A stretch of 64,000 bases of DNA from an uncultured Acidobacteriota bacterium (GCA_963698805.1 CAVOSN010000005.1:155553-219552), one strand, 5' to 3'; counted from the stretch's first letter, positions 17,065 to 27,171 are shown. Numbers and translations are program-made. Notes: generated by a model not told the origin, from the letters alone.

Positions 17065-19949
17065 ATGAACAAAGAACTATTCGTCACTTCAACGCCCCAC
17101 GAAACCAAAGTGGGCCTGGTTGAGGATGACCAGCTTGCCGAAATCTACCTCGAGCGCGAAAACGAATACACCCTGGCCGGCTCCATTTACAAAGGACGCG
17201 TGACCCGCGTACTTCCCGGCATGCAGTCCGCTTTCGTGGACATCGGCCTGGAACGCGACGCCTTCCTCTACGTTTCCGATTTCATGGAACTCGAGGAACA
17301 GGACGACGACTTGACCGATGTCGTTCCCACCAACCGTCCGCCGCTGCAGGAGAGCCGGCCGCAGCAGGAGTCGCGGCCGCAGCCACAACGCTCCGAAGTT
17401 TCGTCCTTGCCCCCATCCGAGAATGCTTCATACGTGATCGAATCGGAGCCGTTCGAAGAGGAGCAAGCCAGCGCTGCCTCGTCCGTGCCCGAACCCGGCA
17501 ACAGCGACGCACAGCCCCGCGAGAGCTATTCTCGCGACAGCCAATCGCGTGACAGCCAGTCGCGCGACCGCGGAGGCTTCCGTGGCCGCCGCCGTCGTCG
17601 CGGTCGCCGCTTCGAAGAAGAACGTACCGACCGCCCTGAACGTAGCGACCGTCCTGATCGTGCGGCCAGCTCCGACCGTGGCGAGCGCTCGAGTCGTTCC
17701 GACTCCGGCGACGGCTACTCGGCCAGCTCGACGCCGCCTCGCACGCGCTCCCGAGGGGCTGACGATTACGGACCGCCTCCCGGATATCAGCCGATCATCC
17801 TGCCGGGCGAGTCGATTTCGAAGTATCGCGGCCGGGCTAGCCAGCCCGTCGCTGCCAACGCGACCAAGGAAACGGCTGCCGCTCCGCAAGGAGCATCCGG
17901 CGTTCCCGCGGGCTTTCCGGACGATGAGCCGCTGTTTGCGACCGGTCTCACCGAGCCGCTGCACGAACAGCATGGTGACGAGCATCGCGATGAGGCCGTT
18001 CACCAGGAGTGGGAGCGCGAGCACGCCCTGCAGGATCGCATGAATCTGACTGCGGCCTTCGCCAGCGAGCCGGTGGTCGAGCATGACGAAGTCGTCGAGG
18101 AAGTGATCGGCAGAGGCCGTGAGGCTGAGTCTGAGCCCGAAGCATTCGCCGCTGCTGCGTCCGTGGCTGAGCCGCCGACTTCCGTAGCACCCTATGACAG
18201 CCCTGCGGGCTCGGTCGAGGAGCAGGTCATCGACGAGGAAGAAGCCGACATTACGCACTACGTCGAAGAGCTGGAAGAAGACTCCGTTTTCGACGAGATG
18301 GAAGAAGAGACCAGCGCCGCCGCCGACTACCAGGCGCCGCGCAGCCTCGAAATCGCCGCTACCGGCGAGCCGCCTCTGCATGCAGCCAAGGAAAGCTTAG
18401 AAGCTCCGCACATCGGCGACGAAGGGTCGATCGCGGATGTGGAGGGTTTTGCTGCAGAAGGCGAGACGGAGAGCGAAGAGACGAAGAAGAGACTGAAGAA
18501 GACACAGAAGAAGCAGAAATCGAAGATGCGCAGGCCGAGGCCGAAGCATTGCTCGCTGCGGAGGCACTAGGCACCGGCACCGTCGATGCGCGGGCCGAAG
18601 TTCGCGCTCCCGCCGGGACCGCAGCCTACACGCAGCGCGCTCAGCGTCCAGCTTTCGATCGTCGTCGCGGACGCCGTGGTGGACGCCGCTTTCGCCAGGG
18701 AGGCGGTGGTGGCGGCAGCAACTCGCCTCGCCGCAACAATGCCCCGGTACCTCTCATCAGCGATCTCCTGAAAGAAGGTCAGGAAGTTCTGATCCAGATC
18801 GCGAAAGAACCGATCGGCAAGAAGGGCGCCCGCATTACCAGCCATATCGCTCTGCCTGGACGCTTCCTGGTCTACATGCCGACCGTGAACCACACCGGCG
18901 TGTCGCGGAAGATTTCTTCGGACGAAGAGCGCCAGCGCCTGAAGCGCATCATCATCAGCGAACGCGAAAACGGCCAGGGTGGATTCATCGTCCGCACGGC
19001 CGCGGCCGGAGCCTCGGAAGAAGATCTCCGTGCTGACATCCGCTTCCTGAAGAATCTGTGGCACGAGATCAAGACGCGCTCGGAAGAAGCCAAGGCTCCG
19101 GCGCTCATCTATCACGACCTCAATGTCGTAGAGCGGGTGCTGCGCGACCAGGTCACGTCTGACTTCTCAGCCATCTGGGTCGATACCGAGACGGAATACG
19201 AGCGCATCCTGCGCTTTGCCAACCGCTTCCAGCCCGCGCTGGTCCGGCGCGTGAAGCTCTATACCAAGGAAACGCCGCTGTTTGAGCAATTTGGATTGAA
19301 AGAGGAAATCGACAAAGCCCTCAAGTCGAAAGTCTGGCTGAAGAGCGGCGGCTACATCGTCATCAATCAGACCGAAGCGCTGGTCGCGATCGACATCAAC
19401 ACCGGCAAGTACGTTGGCAAAACGGCACGCCTCGAAGACACGATCGTCAAGACCAACGTCGATGCCATCAAAGAGATCGTGCGCCAGATTCGCCTGCGCG
19501 ATTTGGGCGGCATCATCGTGATCGACTTCATCGATATGGATGAGCGCCGCAACCGCCAGAAAGTCATGCAGGCTCTCGAAGAAGAATTGCGCAACGATCG
19601 CGCGCCCTCAAAAGTCCTTCAGTTCAACGATTTCGGACTGGTGGCCATTACCCGCAAGCGCGTGAAGCAATCGCTCGAACGCACCATCGGATCGCCGTGC
19701 CCGCACTGCGAGTCCACCGGCTTCATCAAGTCGGTGACCACGGTGTGCAACGAGATCTACGTCGAAATGCGCAAGATGGCGAAGCACATCGAACGTCAGG
19801 ACATCATGCTGCGCGTCAACCCCGAAGTCGGCAAGGCCCTGAAAGCGCAGAACGGCCGCTGGTTGACCGAGATGGAAGAGTTGACCAAGCGCACCATCAT
19901 CGTGAAGTCCGACGGCACGCTGCACGAGGAGCAATTCGACATCAACTAA
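17065..19949 (+). CDS. RNase E/G-family ribonuclease with a giant insertion in the S1 domain; reading frame broken by an apparent -1 shift near 18480
   Basis: ORF 17065-18570 carries the first half of S1 (IYKGRVTRVLPGMQSAFVDIGLERDAFLYVSDF). ORF 18549-19949 carries the second half plus the catalytic core (LKEGQEVLIQIAKEPIGKKGARITS, LVAIDINTG, IIVIDFIDM, CPHCESTG Zn-link). The second frame is open upstream to about 18480. Confidence 0.85.
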
Positions 19950-19954
19950 CCGTG

Positions 19955-19980
19955 TGAGGCGGACACTCCTGTCCGCCTCA
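19955..19980 (+). terminator. Perfect 11-bp stem-loop right after the RNase E/G stop
   Basis: TGAGGCGGACA-ctcc-TGTCCGCCTCA. No U-tract follows. Confidence 0.4.
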
Positions 19981-20024
19981 GCTCTAACATTACGATGGAG
20001 CGACGGGCGTCCCCGCCCGTCGGC

Positions 20025-20050
20025 CCGGGCGAAAGCCCGGCTTTTCTGTT
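20025..20050 (+). terminator. Rho-independent terminator-like hairpin
   Basis: CCGGGC-GAAA-GCCCGG followed by CTTTTCTGTT. Confidence 0.55.
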
Positions 20051-20233
20051 TACCAGGCCTTCGCTGGCGTAGCGCCGGCGTCCGCCGGCAGTCCGGAGGG
20101 CGTCTCGCCCTCCACTCCGTTGCCCCGCACATAGCATTACGCCCGTAACTTGAGCATCGCTATTCACACTCACAGAATGGAACGAGGGCGCAGGTCGGTT
20201 CGCGCCTACCGTTCCGGCGACGAGGGGCGTAAC

Positions 20234-20932
20234 ATGCGTCGAGCTTCTCTTTTTCTACTGTTGTTTGTGGTCTCACTAACACCTTCGTGGGCGCAGGAAA
20301 AAGCTGCACCTTCCGCGAATCCGCAGAATTCCGCCAAAGCGACTGTCTTCGTGTACCGCTACAAACAGTTTGTCGGAGCGGCACTTGCTCCTTCGGTCTT
20401 TTGCGACGATGTGCAGCTAGCGCGCATGGAAAACGGCCGCTACTTTACGACCACCGTCGAGCCAGGCAAGCACATCTTCCGCTCGAACGATGAGCAGTCG
20501 GGGATCGTGCTGCTGGCCGCGGCGGGCCAGCAATATTTCATCCGCGTCGACATCGCTGCTGGGTTCATGAAAGGTCACGGACGGCTGCAGTTAATGGACG
20601 TTCAGCAGGGCACGTACGAACTCACTTCCGACAAACTGAAGCCGCTGGATGCAGGCAAGGTTATCGCCAAAGACAAAGTCTCCGTCGAGGTTGCCCACCC
20701 GCAGCCTCCGACGCAAGCTGTGCAGTCCGCGCCGGCTGCAGCTCCCGTCGCGAGCACACTCGCGCCGACCACCATAGTGCAGCAAACGCCCGCACCCGCA
20801 GCGCCGCCCGCGCCGCAGAACGTCTCGATAACCACGAACGCTGTCAGCCCCACCAGCATGACGAGCGATTCGACGTCGCTGGGGGACGCAGCCCGCCTGG
20901 CGCGGCAGAAGAAGCAGGCCCAGCAGAAGTAG
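20234..20932 (+). CDS. Secreted DUF2846-like protein with Pro/Ala/Gln-rich tail
   Basis: ATG 20234 gives MRRASLFLLLFVVSLTPSWAQ (signal). The core ATVFVYRYKQFVGAALAPSVFCDDVQLARMENGRYF resembles DUF2846, from recollection. Confidence 0.7.
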   Translation: MRRASLFLLLFVVSLTPSWAQEKAAPSANPQNSAKATVFVYRYKQFVGAALAPSVFCDDVQLARMENGRYFTTTVEPGKHIFRSNDEQSGIVLLAAAGQQYFIRVDIAAGFMKGHGRLQLMDVQQGTYELTSDKLKPLDAGKVIAKDKVSVEVAHPQPPTQAVQSAPAAAPVASTLAPTTIVQQTPAPAAPPAPQNVSITTNAVSPTSMTSDSTSLGDAARLARQKKQAQQK

Positions 20933-20973
20933 CAGGGAAGAGGCGCACGGGCCGTCTTGCTGAACCAACTAGG

Positions 20974-21007
20974 GAGCGAGTGCTCTGGCGCTCGCTCTCT
21001 TTTTCTC
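20974..21007 (+). terminator. Rho-independent terminator
   Basis: GAGCGAG-10 nt loop-CTCGCTC followed by TCTTTTTCTC. Confidence 0.6.
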
Positions 21008-21031
21008 AGGTAACGCCGTCTAATCTAGACG

Positions 21032-22792
21032 ATGGCTCTCATCTCTCGCCGATTTTCCCTTCTGGCTGCGTTCTTGTCCGCAGCTTTGGCGCTCGCCCAA
21101 CAACCGACGGCTGCCATCCTTCACGTCCACGTGATCCCCATGGACCGCGAGCGCGTCCTCGACGACCAGACAGTCCTAATCGAAAGTGGGAAAATCGCCG
21201 AGATCGGATCGTCTGCTACGGTCAAGGTTCCCGCCGGCGCAAAGAAAATCGATGCGACCGGCAAATACCTAATCCCCGGCCTCACCGATACTCACGTTCA
21301 CCTCTACTCCACCATCGAGTTCCCGCTGTACCTGGCGAATGGCGTCACCACGGTCTTTAATCTCGACGGGCGCCCGGCGCACCTGCTCTGGCGAAAGCAG
21401 GTTGCGAGCGGCGAACTTCTCGGCCCGACCATCTTCACGGCCGGCCCCATCGTCGACCGCCCCCATACCCCCGAGGAAGCGGTGCGCCTGGTCGACGAGC
21501 AAGCCGATGCCGGCTATGACGCCCTCAAAGTCTTCAATCACGTTTCCAAAGAGGAATACCCCGAGCTCATCGCGGAAGCCAAGCGACGCAACTTACTGCT
21601 GATGGGCCACATCTCCCGCGACGCCGGTTTTGATCTCACCGTTCAATCCGGCCAGTCCATCGCGCACCTGGACGAATTTCTCTACACGTACTTTAACCCG
21701 CAACATGACGACAACAACGACCACATCGTTCTTGACGAAGCAAAGATTCCGGTCGTCGCAAAAGAGACGGCTCATTCGGGCATCTATGTCATTCCGACTC
21801 TGTCCACGTATGCAACGACGGTGCAGCAAGCTACGGATTTAGATGGTTTCCTGAAGAATCCAACTCTTCGATATCTGTCTCCGTGGGCTCTCGAGCAATT
21901 CGAACCCGCTGCCAACCAATTCAAGAACACCACCTCGGCGGAACAAGTTGGGCGAATGCGCTCCGCGCTGACGTTCCAGCGAAAACTCGTGAAGACGCTT
22001 TACGACGCAGGCGTGCCACTGATGGTGGGCACCGATGCGCCGGATGTCGGGCCCATGGCCGGTTTCGGCATCCACGACGAACTGCTGGAACTCGTGAACG
22101 ATGGACTGACACCGTTTCAGGTGCTGCAGGCCGCCACTGTGATTCCCGCGCGTTATTTTCGGAAGTCGAGCGAGTTCGGCACGATCGAAACCGGCAAGCG
22201 CGCTGAGTTTGTGCTGCTCGAACAGAACCCGCTAACGAATATTGCGAACACCCGCGCCATTTCCGGTGTGATGCTCCGCGGCCAGTGGCTCTCGAAGGAA
22301 GAACTCAGCAAGCAGGTGGAGAAAATCCCCGCCGCTTACAAACGTGAACTGCAGCAGGTCGAGTCAGATATGGCCGGCAATCCCGTCGCAGCCGAGCAAT
22401 ATCTTGCGGACCACGACCCGCTGCGAACGCTGGCAACCGCCGCAATCGTCGATCTGTTCCGATCTCAGGGACCTGAGAAGTTTCACCAATTGGTCGGGAA
22501 GATGAGACAGGCGAATCCAAAGTCGAGGCTCGCTTCCGAGGCAGGCATCAATGCTCTCGGGTACAACTTTCTCGGCCAAAATCGATATCCCGACGCAATC
22601 GCCGTGCTGCGCATGAACACCGACGACTTCCCAAAGTCTCCCAACACCTACGACAGTTTGGCGGAAGCGCTATTCAAATCCGGCGACGTCGCACATGCGA
22701 GAGCAATGTACGCAAAAGCACTGAAGGTCGACCCCAAATACGTCAACGCCGAGTTTGCTCAGAAGTTTCTGGCTGAGCACACCCAAAAATAA
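21032..22792 (+). CDS. Secreted amidohydrolase-family metallohydrolase with C-terminal TPR domain
   Basis: 586-aa ORF with a signal peptide. GLTDTHVHLY (HxH metal motif) and MVGTDAPD. TPR-like C-terminus (YDSLAEALFKSGDVAHARAMYAKALKVDPKY). Confidence 0.85.
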   Translation: MALISRRFSLLAAFLSAALALAQQPTAAILHVHVIPMDRERVLDDQTVLIESGKIAEIGSSATVKVPAGAKKIDATGKYLIPGLTDTHVHLYSTIEFPLYLANGVTTVFNLDGRPAHLLWRKQVASGELLGPTIFTAGPIVDRPHTPEEAVRLVDEQADAGYDALKVFNHVSKEEYPELIAEAKRRNLLLMGHISRDAGFDLTVQSGQSIAHLDEFLYTYFNPQHDDNNDHIVLDEAKIPVVAKETAHSGIYVIPTLSTYATTVQQATDLDGFLKNPTLRYLSPWALEQFEPAANQFKNTTSAEQVGRMRSALTFQRKLVKTLYDAGVPLMVGTDAPDVGPMAGFGIHDELLELVNDGLTPFQVLQAATVIPARYFRKSSEFGTIETGKRAEFVLLEQNPLTNIANTRAISGVMLRGQWLSKEELSKQVEKIPAAYKRELQQVESDMAGNPVAAEQYLADHDPLRTLATAAIVDLFRSQGPEKFHQLVGKMRQANPKSRLASEAGINALGYNFLGQNRYPDAIAVLRMNTDDFPKSPNTYDSLAEALFKSGDVAHARAMYAKALKVDPKYVNAEFAQKFLAEHTQK

Positions 22793-22876
22793 ACCTGATC
22801 GACTCAGACCTGGCTTTTGTCCGAACTAACCTGTCTCGCTTCCGGGCGTCTATTCCATCCAGGAGGGACGAAAACC

Positions 22877-23983
22877 GTGGACCGCAGAAGTTTTGTGAAA
22901 CGTTCCGCACTACTGTTGGCAGCATCGGTGTGCTCGTCCCGGCTTGCTGCCTGGGCGAACCTCCCGCCGAAGCGAATCTTGGTCCTGGGAGGCACGTTTT
23001 TCTTGGGGCCAGCCGTGGTGGATGCCTTGGTCGCCGATGGCCACACCGTCACTCTCTTCAATCGCGGCGTGACTAATCCAGAACTCTTTCCGCATCTCGA
23101 AAAGCTGAGGGGCTTTCGCAGCCCGGATGCGAACGATCAAGATTTCACTGCACTCTCACACCGCCACTTCGATGTCATCGTAGATGTATGGCCGAACGAC
23201 CCCGTGCTCGTGGCCTCGGCGGCGGAATTTCTGAAGGACCGAACGCAGCATTACCTGTTCGTCTCTTCCGTGGCTGCCTATGACTCGCACGAATTCGCAA
23301 AAGCCGACATTGTCGAGGACGCGCCCATGGAGCCGTGGAATGGCTCAGGCCGGCCCTACAATCGCAATAAGGCTGAGAGCGAGCGGCGCCTCCACCAGAT
23401 TATTGGAGATCGCCTCACCATTGTGCGGCCGGGGCCTATCAAAGGCACTCGCGATACCACACCCGACCTCTTGACTTGGCTGTTGCGCGCGCAGCAGGGC
23501 GGGGAACACATTGCGCCGGGGGACGGCCACGATCCGGTCGAACTGGTCGACGTAAAAGACGTCGCGAGCTTCCTTGCCCTGGCGATCGCTCGCTCGCTCT
23601 ATGGCACCTTTAACCTCACGGGCAAATCAATGAGCTTCCGGGAGTTTCTGGAAGCGTGTAAGAGCGCCACGCGTTCGGATGCTACTTTTGTTTGGATCCC
23701 GCAGCCGTTCCTGCATGAACACGGTCTCGAGACAGACCAAACGCTGCATACCTTTGCCGGGAATTTCCCCTTCTGGCGGCCCGACCCCGCCAACCAGGGA
23801 CTTTATCGCGTGAGCAGCGACAAGGCTTTTAAAGCCGGTTGGAGAACGCGCCCCTTTGAAGACACCGCGTTCGATTGCTTGCACGACTTCTATTCCGCAC
23901 AGGATGTCGACCGCCCCAACTTTTTGTCGGACGCAAAAGAGAAAGAGGTCCTAGCGGCATGGGCGCAAAAGGCGCCCGCGTAG
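22877..23983 (+). CDS. Tat-signal NAD(P)-binding epimerase/dehydratase-family (SDR) protein
   Basis: AGGAGGGA, then 8 nt, then GTG 22877. VDRRSFVKRSALLLAASVCSSRLAAWA matches a twin-arginine signal. Rossmann motif ILVLGGTFFLGPAV. Confidence 0.8.
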   Translation: MDRRSFVKRSALLLAASVCSSRLAAWANLPPKRILVLGGTFFLGPAVVDALVADGHTVTLFNRGVTNPELFPHLEKLRGFRSPDANDQDFTALSHRHFDVIVDVWPNDPVLVASAAEFLKDRTQHYLFVSSVAAYDSHEFAKADIVEDAPMEPWNGSGRPYNRNKAESERRLHQIIGDRLTIVRPGPIKGTRDTTPDLLTWLLRAQQGGEHIAPGDGHDPVELVDVKDVASFLALAIARSLYGTFNLTGKSMSFREFLEACKSATRSDATFVWIPQPFLHEHGLETDQTLHTFAGNFPFWRPDPANQGLYRVSSDKAFKAGWRTRPFEDTAFDCLHDFYSAQDVDRPNFLSDAKEKEVLAAWAQKAPA

Positions 23984-24094
23984 GAACAACTGCACTCGAC
24001 CTCCTCGGTGGAGCAAGGCTCAGTTGGTTTGGTCGCAGGCACGAAGGAAGAACGCCATCGTGATCCACTGGCTTTATTTGGGTTGACTCAGCTG

Positions 24095-24123
24095 AAGACT
24101 GACGACTAGCGTCTGACGACTGT
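24095..24123. repeat. AGTCGTCAG word tract abutting the stop of the 493-aa gene
   Basis: On the minus strand: TAA-ACAGTCGTCAGACGCTAGTCGTCAGTCTTC. Confidence 0.5.
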
Positions 24124-25605
24124 TTAGCCAGCCAGCGCCTTCACTACACACTCAGCTCGCTCGCGCAATTTCCGCATCGACACCTGGACGGCTTCTGCAA
24201 CCGACGGCTCGTCGTTTTGTACTTTCGCAACGACCTGCGACCCGGCATCGTAGGTTGTGCGTGCCACGTCGAGCAAGACTACGAGCGCGTCAGCGCGCAG
24301 CTTCCAAAGCGAGGTTGCTGGCTGGCAGCGCTTCAGTTCCTCAAGCTCGGTCTGAATTCGCGCGATGACAGCAACACTGCGCAACAGAGCGTGCCCCACG
24401 TCGGCCCGCAGGCTTTTCTCTTCAAGGTAGTCGGCGCAGTAGGCCTCGACTTCCGAGGGCGTCAGGTTGAGATTGAAGAACCTCATCGGAACCACCTGCC
24501 GGAATTTCGGATCGGCTACGCGCACGAAGATGCGAATCGATTCTTCAACTCTCGCCAGCTTCGCTTCCTCGAGTGAAAGCTGTTGGGCAGTGACCGGAAG
24601 AGCCACATGCTTGACCGGAACTGGCGCGGTACGCGGCTTTTCGCGTGCCATCTTGGCGGCCGCGGCAGCTCCACCAGAACGCCCGGGCGCCGACGCGCTG
24701 GCCGCCGTGCGGCGAATGCGCGGGCGCTTGTCGATTTCCTTCTTCAGCTTTGAGACACGGCGGAACTTGTCGAGCGCCTCGACGTAATCGATCTTCAGCA
24801 GTTCGCCTTCCTGCAGCGCTTGCACGTGCTCAACTGTCACGTCGACGCCGTCGATGTTGCTGAGAATGCTTCCGCCCAACTCTTCGACGGCTTTCGCGAA
24901 GCTCTTGATCTCGCCGATCGCGCAACCAAACAGCTCATCAAAGCGAATGCCGAATGCCACATTGTAGGGCGCGATTGTGGCCAAAACTCCGGGATGGTTG
25001 AAAGACTTTCCGAACGACTGCTTCAACTCGCGCACACGCGAGAGGATGCCCGAATCAATCAGAGCGTTGAAATTTACGAATCCTTGCGACAGCTCGCGCA
25101 ACGGCTCGAACTCACGCAAAAGCTGTACGTGTTCTTCCGGCAACAGAGGCGCGTCAGAGTCGGCCAGAATCTCGATCAGAGCAATTTCAAAGGGCGAGAG
25201 CGGAAGGCTGCCGTCGAGGCCGTACCCCCGGCGCTCCCACTGCCCGGGAACGCGCGGATGGCGATACAGAAATGTCGCGACCAGATCGGTCTTGTCGCGG
25301 TCGGATTCCGTGAAGTCGCGCTTGCGCGTGTAGTAGCGCAGCAACGCTTCGGCGATTTCCGGGTCGGTGTCGGTGGTCAGGCCCTGGCGCACCATCGCCG
25401 GCGTGATCGCCATGTCGAGCAACTGCAGCCAGCGATGCATCTTGCCAAGAATTTCGCGCAAGTTGGTGCTGGCCTGGTGGATGGCTTCGTCCTCCAGACC
25501 GGGGTGTACCGGGAGATCGCCCTGCAGGTAATCGCGCAGCAGCTTCTGGTAGAAGCCGCTGACGTTGGCCAAGATCGACAGCTCCCATTTTGGGTCTTCG
25601 ACCAA
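24124..25605 (-). CDS. Conserved-looking hypothetical protein, 493 aa, predicted mostly helical, with central Ala/Arg/Pro-rich linker
   Basis: Long ORF with normal amino-acid composition. No motif I recognise. The antisense ORF 24820-25656 is judged spurious. Confidence 0.7.
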   Translation of the reverse strand: MVEDPKWELSILANVSGFYQKLLRDYLQGDLPVHPGLEDEAIHQASTNLREILGKMHRWLQLLDMAITPAMVRQGLTTDTDPEIAEALLRYYTRKRDFTESDRDKTDLVATFLYRHPRVPGQWERRGYGLDGSLPLSPFEIALIEILADSDAPLLPEEHVQLLREFEPLRELSQGFVNFNALIDSGILSRVRELKQSFGKSFNHPGVLATIAPYNVAFGIRFDELFGCAIGEIKSFAKAVEELGGSILSNIDGVDVTVEHVQALQEGELLKIDYVEALDKFRRVSKLKKEIDKRPRIRRTAASASAPGRSGGAAAAAKMAREKPRTAPVPVKHVALPVTAQQLSLEEAKLARVEESIRIFVRVADPKFRQVVPMRFFNLNLTPSEVEAYCADYLEEKSLRADVGHALLRSVAVIARIQTELEELKRCQPATSLWKLRADALVVLLDVARTTYDAGSQVVAKVQNDEPSVAEAVQVSMRKLRERAECVVKALAG

Positions 25606-26056
25606 ACTTCGCTCCGGGTAAGTCCGTGTGAATTCAACTCAACTAGCGGTAATTAAGGGTAACTGAGGTGGGCGAAAACGAAACCTTACTTCCGTGCCAT
25701 GAACTTCCAAGGGAGAGGCGATTCGAGGAGTTGCGTCCATGAATCTTGGATGGAAAAGCTCAGTTGCGAAGAATCGCGCGGCATGGAATTCCGCGAAAAG
25801 GGATTTGCTTCGCAGGAATGCTTGAGAGCGTGCCGAGTAGGCATTTATTAATTAGTTATCGTTGGGGTATCCCCCCTCCCCCCGGCCTTTTGAACTCAAC
25901 AGGTTACAAGCGAGACAAGCGCAAAATCTTTGATGAAAAAGGACTTATAGGCAAAATATTGATTCCAGTGGAGTTACGAGGCGAAATCTCGATTATTCGG
26001 CGCGGTTCTGACTGTGTGAACGGAGAAATTCTGGCGAGTTCTGGGAGCGTGCCGGG

Positions 26057-26914
26057 CTAGTCGAAAACCACGGTTTTTCGGTTGCCGTAGAGCAGCACGC
26101 GGTCGTCGATATGCCAGCGGACGGCCCGGGAAAGGACGACTTTTTCGAGGTCGCGACCCTTCTGGATGAGGTCTTCGACAGCGTCGCGGTGGGAGATGCG
26201 GACCACGTCCTGCTCGATAATGGGGCCGTCGTCGAGTACCTCGGTAACGTAGTGGCTGGTGGCGCCGATCAGCTTTACGCCGCGCTGGAAAGCCTGGTGA
26301 TACGGTTTGGCGCCCACGAAGGCCGGCAGGAACGAGTGGTGAATGTTGATGACGCGGTGTGGAAAGGTGGCGACGAACTCTTCAGACAGCACCTGCATGT
26401 AGCGGGCAAGGACCGTGAAGTCCGCCTTGTGCTCGCGGATCAGGGCGATCTGCCGCTGTTCCGCTTCGCGCTTGTTTTCTTTCGTGACAGGAACAACTAC
26501 GAACGGGATGCGGTAGAAGTCGGCGATGGGCTGATTGTCGGCGTGGTTGGAAATAATGAGGGGGATCTCGCAGTTCAATTCGCCGATCTTGTGGCGGTAG
26601 AGCAGGTCGACCAGGCAGTGATCGTATTTTGAAACCATGATCGCCATACGTTTGCGCTCGCCCGGCTGCGTCAGGCGCCATTCCATGCCGAACTTATCGG
26701 CAATCGGATCGAACTGTTCGGAGAATTTCCCGAGTGGCAAATCAAAACCATCTGGATCGAACTCCACGCGCATAAGGAACCATGCCGATTCGGCATCGGT
26801 GTGCTCGTCGGTGTGGAGGATGTTGCCGCCGTGCCGGAAGATGAAATCGGATACGGTAGCGACCAGTCCTTTCTGGTCGGGGCAACTGATGAGGAGAACG
26901 GCACTGGTTCGCAT
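26057..26914 (-). CDS. purU: Formyltetrahydrofolate deformylase
   Basis: 285-aa ORF with an N-terminal ACT-like domain and a formyltransferase core with [20 protein letters not shown]. Confidence 0.95.
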   Translation of the reverse strand: MRTSAVLLISCPDQKGLVATVSDFIFRHGGNILHTDEHTDAESAWFLMRVEFDPDGFDLPLGKFSEQFDPIADKFGMEWRLTQPGERKRMAIMVSKYDHCLVDLLYRHKIGELNCEIPLIISNHADNQPIADFYRIPFVVVPVTKENKREAEQRQIALIREHKADFTVLARYMQVLSEEFVATFPHRVINIHHSFLPAFVGAKPYHQAFQRGVKLIGATSHYVTEVLDDGPIIEQDVVRISHRDAVEDLIQKGRDLEKVVLSRAVRWHIDDRVLLYGNRKTVVFD

Positions 26915-27171
26915 GGGTTATCGAATGTTCTTTACGGGAAATTGAGGGTTCGCGTCGTCTCTGACGGGGTTTTCATTGCATGCGCATTGTACTGAGCAGT
27001 GGGCGGGACGGGCAATCAGTTCGAAGGATCTGCGACCGGCACGGCGCCCCGAGCGCGGAGCTTTTTTGTTGAGGAGTTGATATCACTTCGGCAGCATCTT
27101 GACCCCACTCAATCGCAGAGTGCGCGATTGAAGTTGTGTGGGCCACCCGCCGCCAGATAGAGCGGGACAAC

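Noticed and set aside
18470-18555. Programmed -1 ribosomal frameshift as the explanation for the RNase E/G frame break.
   Set aside because: There is no X-XXY-YYZ slippery heptamer and no obvious downstream stimulatory structure at the junction. A 1-nt indel in a GAA/GAG-rich tract is the simpler explanation.
25746-26060. 104-aa plus-strand ORF in the purU/orphan spacer.
   Set aside because: It spans the AT-rich island and the C6TC6 tract, has no SD and atypical composition, and its end overlaps the purU stop.
26990-27171. Possible tRNA or small RNA (GTTCGAA-like string, T-run after a GC-rich segment).
   Set aside because: No cloverleaf arms can be drawn. The GC segment before the T-run does not form a convincing stem.
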